From: a candidate division WOR-3 bacterium
Lineage (GTDB): Bacteria > Hydrothermota > Tepidihabitantia > SM23-42 > JAOAFX01
DNA length: 43,453 nucleotides
NCBI GenBank assembly: GCA_037444665.1
Contig: JBBILZ010000018.1
Span: 1-43,453, forward strand
Reading direction: 5' to 3'
This document shows, in pieces, positions 1 through 9,568 of the stretch (the first letter of the stretch is position 1; each line of letters begins with the position of its first letter). The translations under genes were made by a program, and so were the position numbers. Under the pieces are notes generated by a model, which saw only the letters and a list, made by a program, of their open reading frames with translations, was not told where the DNA came from and made no database searches.

Positions 1-1219
1 GAATGTTGGGTCAAGGAAAGAGAGTTCATAGGTGAGTTCATTTGTGCCATAGTCAACTGAGTAATTGGTGTATGTGATTTTTCCATCACGGTGCAGACAG
101 AATGGAGAGATAGAATCCTGACCTGCCTCTACAATATATAAAGGCGATTCACTGCCCGGAGGACCACTACCAAACTGTTGATGCACACAGACAATCTGAT
201 AAGGTGTGGTATTGCCTTTGGTAAAGATGGTATAGAGGTCCCAGGGCGACCAGTCTCTCTGCAATTGGCTGTGGCAGAAGTATTCTTTTTCTAGCTCTTG
301 AGAAACCCAGCCAAAATCATAGGTATCACTCCGGTAGCGGATATCATAATCAGCTGCATTACCTATTTCACACCAGACTGAAAAATCGTGAGCCGCATTT
401 ACGGGAAACTCAGAACAGATACCGGGTGACTGGCTGTAAGGAGGATAGTCAACAGTAAACCATCTTGGTGGATAGATTCGCTTTCGCTTACGCTGTATTT
501 CATTTGGCACATTAGAAATTTCGTCATACCAGACTACGGAAAGCCAATTGCCATAGCAATCAATGTGCGGGGATTTATCAACATAGTTTGGCGTATACTC
601 AGAAATCCAGTCAATTGGTCGCCAATTTCCATTCTCACGCCAGCGGTAGTAGATTTCATAGTCACCAGTCAAGGGATCCCACTTGTCCCAGACTACATGC
701 GGATTACCATTACCATCAATGGTAATTGAGGCGTGTTTATAAGCAAGCGGCATGCCGAGTTCATAGTCGAGAACCACCGGCTCGGGTGGCTCAGTTGCAT
801 AAAAAGGAAACTGGTAAAAGTAAATCGCACTCCAGAGTTGTTCACCACCTTCTAACATATTCACCGAGAATACCACATAGACAGAATCTCCATAAGTAGA
901 TACCGATGGTGGACCAGGGTCAAGCCCGGTAGTAACGGGTAGAAGCGTAAACCCATGCCACTGTAGCGTACCATCCTCAAGCCAGCGATACTTTACCTCG
1001 CCCTGACCTGAACAATAAACAATGCAGGGCATCTTCGCTATAAGCCAACCCGGAACCAGACCAATGGTTGGATACCAGCCTTCGTCTTTTTTATGGGTCT
1101 CCGGGTCTTCAATGATATGATAGGGTGCCCAGTTGGAAGCGGTATAATCAGACATACTATAGTGAACACGCAACACTCAGAACTAAAACCATTAAAAGGC
1201 AAGTTATAATCTTTTTCAT
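1..1219 (-). pseudogene. Secreted beta-propeller/BNR-like protein, frameshifted after its signal peptide; runs off the left edge
   Basis: GGAGG RBS and ATG at 1219 give MKKIITCLLMVLVLSVACSL, stopping at 1157-1159. A different frame is open from ATG 1155 to base 1 (385 codons, MSDYTASNWAPYHII...ITIDGNGNPHVVWDK...YEIYYRW). This frame is missing from the ORF track. Confidence 0.7.
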
Positions 1220-1268
1220 TTTTTCCTCCATTTTACTCCCTGTATCTTCTACAGGGACAAGACATTTT

Positions 1269-1370
1269 GCGTGATAAATCGCGCAACTACTGCTAAACGG
1301 ACAGGGATGAGCCCTACCCAACGAATTTTTTCTCACCCTCACCTCAATCCTCTCCCTTCAAGGGAGAGGA
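1269..1370. repeat. Cluster of palindromic extragenic repeats
   Basis: GTAG-ended REP-like palindrome on the minus strand at 1269-1290 (GTAGTTGCGCGATTTATCACGC). CCCTCACC-led hairpin TCCTCTCCCTT-C-AAGGGAGAGGA at 1348-1370. Confidence 0.55.
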
Positions 1371-1547
1371 ATCATAAAGGGTGGAAATCTCTCCCTCAGA
1401 AGAGAGAGCGACAAGTGAAAGCGCTGACATTATATTTTTCTGCTCCGATGTCAGGCGGAGCAGACTCAAACGAACCTTATAAACTCGGCAAAGAAATAAC
1501 CTTCAGATTTTCTAAGATAAGATAAGACATACTCAATCTTATATAAT

Positions 1548-1575
1548 ATTATAACTGTATCATTTAAAAAGTCAA
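1548..1575 (-). promoter_or_regulatory. sigma70-type promoter for the leftward gene
   Basis: TTGACT (1575-1570), 16-bp spacer, TATAAT (1553-1548). Confidence 0.6.
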
Positions 1576-1722
1576 GGGTGGGAAGACAAGAGGATATGTG
1601 GATATGAAGACGAAAAATTTTCAGATTTATAATCTATGACCGATGAATCGGGCAAGTACAGTCCGAAAATTTCGCCCCTTAAGGGGGAGGAAAAAGTGGG
1701 GAGTAGTCAGACTAACACATTC

Positions 1723-1751
1723 TTGACGGGCATAATTTTTTTTAGTATAAT
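1723..1751 (+). promoter_or_regulatory. sigma70-type promoter of the ABC operon
   Basis: TTGACG-N17-TATAAT, 10 nt before ATG 1762. Confidence 0.7.
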
Positions 1752-1761
1752 CAATTTAATT

Positions 1762-2484
1762 ATGCCGGCAATAGTAGTCAGAGATTTATACAAAAATTTT
1801 GGTTCAGTCAGAGCGGTTGACGGGATCTCTTTTGACATAAATGAAGGAGAGATTTTTGGGCTGATCGGTCCTAATGGCGCAGGTAAGACAACGACCTTAA
1901 GAATGATTGCTACACTACTTAAACCCAGTGCTGGCACCATTGAAATCTTTGGTTATAATATAATAAAGGAAGATGCGAAGATAAGGGAATTGATAAGTTA
2001 TCTACCCGAAGAAGCCGGTGCCTATAAAAGCCTTAAAGGAATTGAATACCTCAAATTTATGGCAGGGCTTTATGCCACTGACAATGCGGTAAAAAAAGAG
2101 ATGGTGGAAAGGGCAATTGAAATTGCGAAATTGGGTGAGAGAATAAATGACCGCATTAGAAATTATAGCAAAGGAATGGTAAGAAAATTGCTTGTTGCTC
2201 GTGCCCTGATGCATAATCCAAAGTTTGTGATTCTCGATGAACCAACTTCAGGTCTTGATGTAATTAATTCTCTTGAAGTGAGGAATCTGATTATTGAATA
2301 TGCGCGGACTGGTACTACAGCCATTGTTTCTTCCCACAATATGTTGGAGATAGAATTTCTGTCTCATCGTGTGGCATTCATACATCAAGGTAAAATCATT
2401 GAATCGGGTGCACCAGCGAAATTGCGCGAAAAATATAATGCTGAAAACTTAGAGCAGGTATTTGTGCAGAGTATAAATAAATAA
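1762..2484 (+). CDS. ABC-2 type transporter ATP-binding protein (NatA/CcmA-like)
   Basis: Walker A GPNGAGKTT, signature YSKGM, Walker B ILDEPT, H-loop SSH. Start moved to MPAIVV at 1762. Confidence 0.92.
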   Translation: MPAIVVRDLYKNFGSVRAVDGISFDINEGEIFGLIGPNGAGKTTTLRMIATLLKPSAGTIEIFGYNIIKEDAKIRELISYLPEEAGAYKSLKGIEYLKFMAGLYATDNAVKKEMVERAIEIAKLGERINDRIRNYSKGMVRKLLVARALMHNPKFVILDEPTSGLDVINSLEVRNLIIEYARTGTTAIVSSHNMLEIEFLSHRVAFIHQGKIIESGAPAKLREKYNAENLEQVFVQSINK

Positions 2485-2485
2485 T

Positions 2486-3667
2486 ATGCAAAAATTTTTC
2501 AATATCTTACAAAAAAAGATAAAAGACCTGCTGACCTTAAAGATGCTCCTGCCATTCATTATGTCCATATTTATCCTTCTTTTTGTAGGGCAAATAATGC
2601 AGAGAGAGATAGGCAGTATAACAAAACCCGCTAATATTTTGATTATTGATAATGATAAAACTCAATCTTCTCAATACTTGATAAATGGACTAAAGAATGC
2701 AAACTATATTATAAATCTGTTTGATGCAGCTGATGATACCCAGGCAGTGAAGATTGCAAAGAAAGAAAAATTTGCAATGTGTGTAATTATTCCTGAAAAT
2801 TATGAATTGAATTTACATAATAAAAGGACTGCTGAAATAAGAGTATATTCAATTATTACTTCATTAAGTATTGCTTCATCTGCCCAAAGGGTAAGTATCA
2901 GGAATATTCTCAGAACAATAAATGAACAGGTAGCAGAATCATTCATAAAAGAATTGAGCCCGGATTTAAAACCTGATGTGTTCCGTGAACCAATTAAGGC
3001 AAAAGAGTTTGTTGTGCTAAAGGATATGGTTCAACCAGGAAGTGCTGCATTTATCATTGCCTATATCTCTACTCAGACTGTAATTGTGCCGGTTGCCCTT
3101 TTAATGTTGATTATTATTACGGGCACAATGATTGCCTCATCCATTGCCTTTGCCTTTTTCTTTATGGTCGCAATGGGAAGTTTTATGATGCCTTTAAGCA
3201 CACCCACCCAGAATATTCCGGCAGATATGCAGAATTTTGGGCAACAGATTAATCTGAGCCTTGATACAGGTGCAAAGATTCTCCTGGGATTGAGCATATT
3301 TCTCTCTATTGTGACCGCACTTGCCCTGGCAACGCTTTTAGCACTATTTGCCCAGGATGTTAAGGATGCCCAGACAACAATAATGCCTTTAACCTTAATG
3401 ATTCTCATCCCTTATTTCTTTGCCCTGATGTTTGACCCCGGTCTTATGAGTCTGGGTTTAAAAATCTTTACTTTTTTGATTCCATTTTCTCATACATTTT
3501 TTGCCTTTAAATTTTTAATCTTAGGACAGAGGCTACCGGTAATCTTAGGAATAATCTATCTCTTTTTATTTGCCATAGGATTGCTTATTATTGCCACAAA
3601 AATCTTCTCTTCAGAGCGTATCCTTACTATGAAATTTAATTTTGGTAAAATAAGGAGATTGATGTGA
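2486..3667 (+). CDS. ABC-2 type permease (NatB-like), apparently with an internal in-frame deletion
   Basis: N-terminal TM helix, extracytoplasmic domain and several C-terminal TM helices; follows the ATPase. Confidence 0.82.
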   Translation: MQKFFNILQKKIKDLLTLKMLLPFIMSIFILLFVGQIMQREIGSITKPANILIIDNDKTQSSQYLINGLKNANYIINLFDAADDTQAVKIAKKEKFAMCVIIPENYELNLHNKRTAEIRVYSIITSLSIASSAQRVSIRNILRTINEQVAESFIKELSPDLKPDVFREPIKAKEFVVLKDMVQPGSAAFIIAYISTQTVIVPVALLMLIIITGTMIASSIAFAFFFMVAMGSFMMPLSTPTQNIPADMQNFGQQINLSLDTGAKILLGLSIFLSIVTALALATLLALFAQDVKDAQTTIMPLTLMILIPYFFALMFDPGLMSLGLKIFTFLIPFSHTFFAFKFLILGQRLPVILGIIYLFLFAIGLLIIATKIFSSERILTMKFNFGKIRRLM

Positions 3668-4776
3668 AAATTTTAATACTCGGTTGTGGTATGCAGGGCA
3701 GGGTTGTAGCCCAGGACCTGTCCGTCTTTAGGAATAAAATCACAGTGCTGGATATTGATAAAAAAAAATTGGCACAATTAAAAAATAGGAATATTAAAAA
3801 AATCCAGTTTGATATTACCAATCAAAAAAAATTAATAAATTTGATGAGTAATTATGACCTGATTATTGGTGCCCTGCCAGCAAAGTTTGGATTCTATTCC
3901 TGGGAATGTGCACTGCAATCTGGTGTGGACATTGTGGATATGTCATACTCGGCTGATGACCCATTTTTGTTACATAAAGAGGCAAAGCAGTCGGGTATAA
4001 AGATTGTGCCTGATGCAGGTTATGCCCCGGGTTTGAGTAATGTGTTGATTGGCGAAGCGTGGACACAGATGGAAAAGATTGATTATCTGAAGATTATGGT
4101 TGGCGGCATCCCTGAAAAACCGATATCACCATTCAATTATCGTATTACCTGGTCACTCCAGGATTTGATTGAAGAATATACAAGACCCGCAAGAATTTAT
4201 AAGAATTATAAAATAATAATTGTTCCTGCCCTGACCGGCATAGAAGAAATTTTTGTTCCTGGGATTGGAAAGCTTGAGGCATTTTATACAGACGGTTTGC
4301 GCACATTGTTGAAAACAATGAGCCGGATTAGAAATATGGAAGAAAAGACGATTCGCTATCCAGGACATGCAATAATATTTAAAGCACTGATTGATACCGG
4401 ATTCTTTTCTGAAAGACCGATTAGAATTAACAATCTTCAGATTCCCTGCCGTGAATTTACCTTCAGATATTTAAAAGATGAACTTTCAAGGGGTCCTGAA
4501 AATGATTTAACTATACTTTTAATTCACATAAAAGGCAAAAAAGAATTCAGACAATATCAAATTATTGATTATTATGATAAAAAGAACAGAATAACTTCAA
4601 TGGCGAGGATGACTGGTTATTCCTGTGCAACAATTGCCCGGTGTATTAAAGATTATTCAGAAAATGGTGTTATTCCGCCTGAATATTTAGGGATGGTTCC
4701 TAACTTATGCAATTTTATCAAAAGAGAATTAGGCAAAAAGGGAATAAAGATTAAAAAATTGAGCAAAAGAATTTAA
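3664..4776 (+). CDS. Saccharopine dehydrogenase / lysine 6-dehydrogenase family protein
   Basis: Rossmann GCGMQG, DAGYAPGLSN, EAFYTDGLRTL, KTIRYPGH, SMARMTG. Confidence 0.88.
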   Translation: MKILILGCGMQGRVVAQDLSVFRNKITVLDIDKKKLAQLKNRNIKKIQFDITNQKKLINLMSNYDLIIGALPAKFGFYSWECALQSGVDIVDMSYSADDPFLLHKEAKQSGIKIVPDAGYAPGLSNVLIGEAWTQMEKIDYLKIMVGGIPEKPISPFNYRITWSLQDLIEEYTRPARIYKNYKIIIVPALTGIEEIFVPGIGKLEAFYTDGLRTLLKTMSRIRNMEEKTIRYPGHAIIFKALIDTGFFSERPIRINNLQIPCREFTFRYLKDELSRGPENDLTILLIHIKGKKEFRQYQIIDYYDKKNRITSMARMTGYSCATIARCIKDYSENGVIPPEYLGMVPNLCNFIKRELGKKGIKIKKLSKRI

Positions 4777-6056
4777 GCGCTGGACTGATACTTTAATTCA
4801 CCATTTACAAAAACATATTCAGCACGACCCACAAGCTCTTTATTTAAAAATGGGGTATTTTTAGATTTTGATTTTATCGTTTCTAAAGTAAGGCGCCATT
4901 TCACATTGGGATTTATTATTACTAAGTCAGCAATTGCTCCCTCTTTTATTATACCCAATTTCTCTTTTAAAATTTGTGCGGGTTTTATTGTAAATTTATC
5001 CAGAATCTCAAGCCAGGAGAATTTTTCAATATTGACCAATTGCATAATTGTCAGGGAGAGCGCTGTCTCAAGTCCGGTCATACCGAATGGTGCTGAGGCA
5101 AACTCCAATTCTTTTTCAGCCTGGGTATGCGGTGCATGGTCTGTGCTGATACAGTCAATCGTTCCATCACGCAACCCTTCAATAATTGCCCTTCTATCAA
5201 TCTCGCTTCTTAAAGGCGGATTGACTTTGTAATTTGTATTGTATGTTTCAATGACTGTATCATTGAAAAAGAAGTAATGGGGGCAGGTTTCACAGGTTAT
5301 ATCAAGCCCTTCTTTTTTCGCTTTGCGGATGAGTTCTACTGAACCTCTTGTTGAAATGTGACAGAGATGGATCTTTGCTCCAGTGAACCTGCTGAGCATA
5401 ATATCCCTCGCTACTATAATTTCTTCCGCAATTGCTGGTGAACCTGCAAGGCCGAGCCTGGTAGATACCTCTCCTTCATTCATCACTCCAACTTTGCTCA
5501 GAGATTCATCTAAGGCATGGTCAAATATGGGAACTTCAAAAATTTTTGAATATTCAAGGGCATAGCGCATAATCCGTGCATCGCTCACTGTATTTCCATC
5601 ATCAGAAAATCCTTTTACACCTGCCTTAACCAGTTCACCAAATTCGGCAATCTCTTTACCTTCTCTTTTTTTGGTTATTGTAGCAATGGGAAAGACACGG
5701 CACAAATTTGCCTTTTCTGCCTCTTTGATTATATAGTTGACAATTCCTTCATTATCAATTGGTGGTTCTGTATTGGGCATACAGCATATCGTGGTAAAAC
5801 CGCCTGCCACTGCAGCCTTTGCACCACTCGCTATTGTTTCTTCATCGGGTCTACCTGGGTCACGCAGATGGCAATGGAGGTCAATCAATCCCGGACAAAC
5901 AATCATTCCCGTGGCATCAATGGTTTTTGCATTTTCAATTTTTATATTTCGCTCAATTTTTTGAATTTTATTACCTTCTATTAGAACATCGGCAATGCGG
6001 TCAAACCTCGTTTTTGGGTCAATGACCCGCCCATTTTTTATTAATAGACTACTCAA
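4773..6056 (-). CDS. pyrC: Dihydroorotase
   Basis: PGLIDLHCHLRDPG, GGFTTICCMPNT, CETCPHY, KVNPPLR, TDHAPH, SKSKNTPF. Probable TTG start at 6056. Confidence 0.95.
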   Translation of the reverse strand: MSSLLIKNGRVIDPKTRFDRIADVLIEGNKIQKIERNIKIENAKTIDATGMIVCPGLIDLHCHLRDPGRPDEETIASGAKAAVAGGFTTICCMPNTEPPIDNEGIVNYIIKEAEKANLCRVFPIATITKKREGKEIAEFGELVKAGVKGFSDDGNTVSDARIMRYALEYSKIFEVPIFDHALDESLSKVGVMNEGEVSTRLGLAGSPAIAEEIIVARDIMLSRFTGAKIHLCHISTRGSVELIRKAKKEGLDITCETCPHYFFFNDTVIETYNTNYKVNPPLRSEIDRRAIIEGLRDGTIDCISTDHAPHTQAEKELEFASAPFGMTGLETALSLTIMQLVNIEKFSWLEILDKFTIKPAQILKEKLGIIKEGAIADLVIINPNVKWRLTLETIKSKSKNTPFLNKELVGRAEYVFVNGELKYQSSA

Positions 6057-6972
6057 TCTTACCCCCTGCATGGATAAATAGAATCGCCATTCTCATTGCA
6101 ACTCCATTCTTCACCTGTTTTAAGATTACTGACCTTGGACCATCTGCCACTTCAGGGTCTATCTCTAAGCCACGATTTGTTGGTCCTGGATGCATTATAA
6201 TACTATTCGGCTTCAATTTTTTTACACGTTCCTGGGTTAGACCATATAATTCACGATACTCCCTTGCTGAAGGGAAAAGTCCTGATTCCTGCCTTTCCAG
6301 CTGGATTCGCAAAGCCATCACCACATCAAAATCTCCAATAATCTCATCCAGATTATAAAAAACTTCTACATTGAGTCTTTCAATATCTGTAGGAATTAAA
6401 GTAGGAGGTGCGCATATTGCAACATTGGCACCGAGTGCCCTCAAACCAAAGATATTTGAGCGGGCAACCCGAGAGTGTAATATATCGCCAATAATCAATA
6501 CATTCAAATTTTTTATATTCCCAAAGTGCTGGCGCATGGTCATCATATCCAGCAATGCCTGGGTGGGATGTTCATGGGTTCCATCACCAGCATTAATGAC
6601 AAAGGCATTAAGATTTTCCGCAAGTATCTTAGGTGCGCCAGAGGCAAAATGGCGAACCACGACACCATCCACCTTCATTGCCTCAATATTCTTTGCAGTA
6701 TCCAGAAGCGTTTCACCTTTTTTAACACTTGAGGCACTGGCAGAAAAGTTGACCACATCGGCAGACAATCTCTTTGCGGCAATGCTGAATGAAATCTGGG
6801 TTCTTGTTGATGGCTCAAAGAATAGGGTCAGTATTGTTTTGCCACGCAAGGCAGGGATAATGGGGATCGGCCTTTCCATCACTTCAACAAATTTCTCTGC
6901 AGTATCCAGATAGTATAGTATCTCTTTGTTTCCCAGTCCCTCAATCCCTAAAAGGTCTTTTTTGGGGTTCAT
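6049..6972 (-). CDS. pyrB: Aspartate carbamoyltransferase catalytic subunit
   Basis: FFEPSTRT, NAGDGTHEHPTQ, GDILHSRVARSN, MHPGP. Confidence 0.96.
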   Translation of the reverse strand: MNPKKDLLGIEGLGNKEILYYLDTAEKFVEVMERPIPIIPALRGKTILTLFFEPSTRTQISFSIAAKRLSADVVNFSASASSVKKGETLLDTAKNIEAMKVDGVVVRHFASGAPKILAENLNAFVINAGDGTHEHPTQALLDMMTMRQHFGNIKNLNVLIIGDILHSRVARSNIFGLRALGANVAICAPPTLIPTDIERLNVEVFYNLDEIIGDFDVVMALRIQLERQESGLFPSAREYRELYGLTQERVKKLKPNSIIMHPGPTNRGLEIDPEVADGPRSVILKQVKNGVAMRMAILFIHAGGKIE

Positions 6973-7592
6973 TCTTTATCAGTAATTGTTAATTGCTTAA
7001 TTTTCGGTTTTTGTGTACCCGACATTTTTATCCGTCCGCGTTTTATCTTAATCTTTTTTATTTTTGCCTTCTGGTGAATAAAGACCAGATCCTGGCCATC
7101 CAGTTCCTTCACATACACATCCACAATCTCTTTTTTTGAGGTTGCAATCTTTTTGCCGACATAATCCGCTTGAATTGGCAATTCCCGATGCCCTCTATCA
7201 ATGAGCACGGCAAGCTGGATTGCGTTTGGTCTTCCAAAATCTAAGATCTCTTCAAGAGCAGCACGGATGGTTCTACCCGTATAAAGCACATCATCAACCA
7301 GTACAATTACCATATTGTTTACATCAAAATTGATATCAGTGCCTTCTATTATCGGTGTTTCTGAAACGAGCTGGAGATCATCCCGGTAAAGGGTAATATC
7401 CAGAGCACCAATAGGAATTTTGGTTTTTTCGCATTCTGAAATTTCTGCACCAATCCGCTGGGCGATGATATCACCACGGCGTTTAATACCAATAAGAGCC
7501 AGATTCTTTGTTCCTTTATTTCTCTCAACAATTTCACGGGCAATTCTTGTAATGATTCTTTTAATATCAGTGTGGTCAAGGATTATTTTCAT
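6969..7592 (-). CDS. pyrR: Bifunctional pyr operon regulator / uracil phosphoribosyltransferase
   Basis: LDITLYRDD, VDDVLYTGRTIRAA, DRGHRELPI. Confidence 0.95.
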   Translation of the reverse strand: MKIILDHTDIKRIITRIAREIVERNKGTKNLALIGIKRRGDIIAQRIGAEISECEKTKIPIGALDITLYRDDLQLVSETPIIEGTDINFDVNNMVIVLVDDVLYTGRTIRAALEEILDFGRPNAIQLAVLIDRGHRELPIQADYVGKKIATSKKEIVDVYVKELDGQDLVFIHQKAKIKKIKIKRGRIKMSGTQKPKIKQLTITDKE

Positions 7593-7603
7593 AACTGGTA
7601 TAA

Positions 7604-7662
7604 ATTATAAATAAAAATTTGATAAAGTCAAGTCTTGACCAAAAATCTTTAACGAATATAAT
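7604..7662. promoter_or_regulatory. Back-to-back sigma70 promoters for pyrR and arcC
   Basis: Minus strand TTGACT(7631-7626)-N16-TATAAT(7609-7604); plus strand TTGACC(7635-7640)-N16-TATAAT(7657-7662). Confidence 0.72.
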
Positions 7663-7667
7663 ATAAA

Positions 7668-8606
7668 ATGAAGAAGGCAGTAATTGCGCTCGGCGGAAAT
7701 GCAATATCCAGCACGGGTCGTGATGATATCCATGTCCAGTTTGCGAATACAAGAAAGAGCCTGGAAGTCGTTATAGAACTTATAAAAAACAATTATAACC
7801 TTGCAATTACCCATGGTAATGGACCACAGGTAGGCAATGCCCTGCTCCGTGTGGAAAAGACTGCGCAGGAGATTCCTGCTTTGCCACTGGGAGTAATTGT
7901 CGCTGATACTGAAGGTGGAATGGGATATATGATTGAGCAGAGTCTGCAAAATAAATTAAAAAAATTGGGGATTGGAAGGGAGGTTGTGACAATTGTGACC
8001 CAGGTTATTGTTGACCCGGATGATCCATCAATCATCAATCCCACAAAATTTGTTGGTCCATTTTATAATGAAAAACAGGCAAAGAAACTTTCAGAATTAT
8101 TTAACTGGGTAATAAAAGAGGACCCGGGTCGTGGTTTTCGCCGTGTTGTTCCTTCACCAAAACCTTTAAAAATTGTGAATTCAAAGATTATTAAACAACT
8201 TGTTGACCAGGGCATTATTGTGATTGCTGCGGGTGGCGGCGGTATCCCTGTTTATATTGAAATTGATGGCACATACGAAGGTATTGATGGTGTTATTGAT
8301 AAGGACCTGGCATCAGCAGTACTTGCCTGTGATATAAAAGCCCAGACTTTAGCCATTTTAACTGGTGTTGACTATGTGTATCTCAATTATAATAAACCGA
8401 ATCAGCAAAAATTAGAAAAGATAACCGTAACTGAGGTAAAGAGATATCTAAATGAAGGACATTTTCCATCCGGTAGTATGGGTCCAAAGATTGAATCCGC
8501 AATAAAATTTTTAGAATCGGGTGGTAGTGAAGTAATAATTACTTCACTACAGAAGGCAAAGGAAGCCTTTTTTGGCGATTTTGGAACTAAAATTGTGCCT
8601 GGTTAA
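7668..8606 (+). CDS. arcC: Carbamate kinase
   Basis: ALGGNA, THGNGPQVG, PTKFVGPFY, RRVVPSP, VIDKDLAS, GSMGPK. Confidence 0.95.
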   Translation: MKKAVIALGGNAISSTGRDDIHVQFANTRKSLEVVIELIKNNYNLAITHGNGPQVGNALLRVEKTAQEIPALPLGVIVADTEGGMGYMIEQSLQNKLKKLGIGREVVTIVTQVIVDPDDPSIINPTKFVGPFYNEKQAKKLSELFNWVIKEDPGRGFRRVVPSPKPLKIVNSKIIKQLVDQGIIVIAAGGGGIPVYIEIDGTYEGIDGVIDKDLASAVLACDIKAQTLAILTGVDYVYLNYNKPNQQKLEKITVTEVKRYLNEGHFPSGSMGPKIESAIKFLESGGSEVIITSLQKAKEAFFGDFGTKIVPG

Positions 8607-8613
8607 TTGCTCC

Positions 8614-9204
8614 TTAAAACCTCCATAAAGGTCTGTAAGTAGCAGCTATAATTGCTCCGGCAATCGCGCCTACAATAATGTTAATGATAATCATCACAAT
8701 AATGGAAACAATCATATAACCAATGACCTTTTCCTTGGGTGTGGACATCATTACTGGCATACCCACATACATCAGATAAAGTCCATAAAGGGAGATTAAG
8801 GTAACAAGTATGCCCAGAACAGGAAAGATATAAAGTATGCCTGCAACAAAATAAGGGGTCATAGAATATACTGCGAGTTTGTACGCATTTGTGCTGTTCT
8901 GGACCGAATCAAAGGATGGCGCCAGGGCATTAATAACAATCCCTTCTATATAAAGTCCCACCAAAGTCATAATGAACCAGACAATTGCCCAGACAATGGC
9001 TGAAGTAAATGGATACCTGATCGTGCCAAACATTCCGACATTTATGCCGATGAGCACATAGCCTAAAAATCCAAATATGGTAGGAATCAGTGCCAGAGGT
9101 ATTGCATACCCGGTCATAACCTGACCGATTCCTGTTGTTTCTGATTTTATCTTATCCCACTCAGTTTTGGGGCTGAACAGGATTCCCTTAATTCTCTCAA
9201 TCAT
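8614..9204 (-). CDS. Yip1 family membrane protein
   Basis: MIERIKGILFSPKTEWDKIK start behind a GGAGG RBS; about 5 TM segments; TTGACT-N16-TATAAT promoter at 9254-9227. Confidence 0.85.
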   Translation of the reverse strand: MIERIKGILFSPKTEWDKIKSETTGIGQVMTGYAIPLALIPTIFGFLGYVLIGINVGMFGTIRYPFTSAIVWAIVWFIMTLVGLYIEGIVINALAPSFDSVQNSTNAYKLAVYSMTPYFVAGILYIFPVLGILVTLISLYGLYLMYVGMPVMMSTPKEKVIGYMIVSIIVMIIINIIVGAIAGAIIAATYRPLWRF

Positions 9205-9319
9205 TATTTCCTCCCTTATTGAACAAATTATACTTAAAATTAATAAGAAGTCAATACATTTATGCGAATGATACACATCCCGCTCTTGCCGAAAAGGAAC
9301 AAAGGGTGATTTCTTACTT

Positions 9320-9376
9320 GTAGCATCCATTTTCAAATGGACGATTCGTTTTCGTCCGGCTGAAGCCGAACGCTAC
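9320..9376. repeat. Dispersed REP doublet (REPIN-like) of the family flanking the RAYT
   Basis: GTAGCATCCATTTTCAAATGGACG ... CGTCCGGCTGAAGCCGAACGCTAC, reverse-complement variants of the REPs at 41444-41502. Confidence 0.75.
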
Positions 9377-9418
9377 AACTTCCCCGGGATAGGTTGGGGA
9401 CAGAAACTATAGATTATG

Positions 9419-9444
9419 AAAAACAGGGGGTATATTGCCCCCTG
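9419..9444 (-). terminator. Probable intrinsic terminator of the secreted-protein operon
   Basis: Minus strand CAGGGGG-CAATATA-CCCCCTG followed by TTTTT. Confidence 0.55.
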
Positions 9445-9568
9445 CCGGAGATGAAATGAAGTGCGGTTATTTGGGGTCCCACTTCATTTCACGAAATAAA
9501 ATTTCACCCAGAACAAAGAGCTAATCTTCGTGGTCTCCTAAACCAGTAACTTAGATTTATTATTATCA

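Noticed and set aside
1157..1159. Pyrrolysine or stop read-through at TAG
   Set aside because: The same frame hits TGA three codons later and the long ORF is in another frame.
1439..1464. Terminator or riboswitch at the TCTGCTCCG/CGGAGCAGA hairpin
   Set aside because: No U-tract follows on either strand and I recognise no riboswitch consensus; an Rfam scan of 1220-1545 would settle it.
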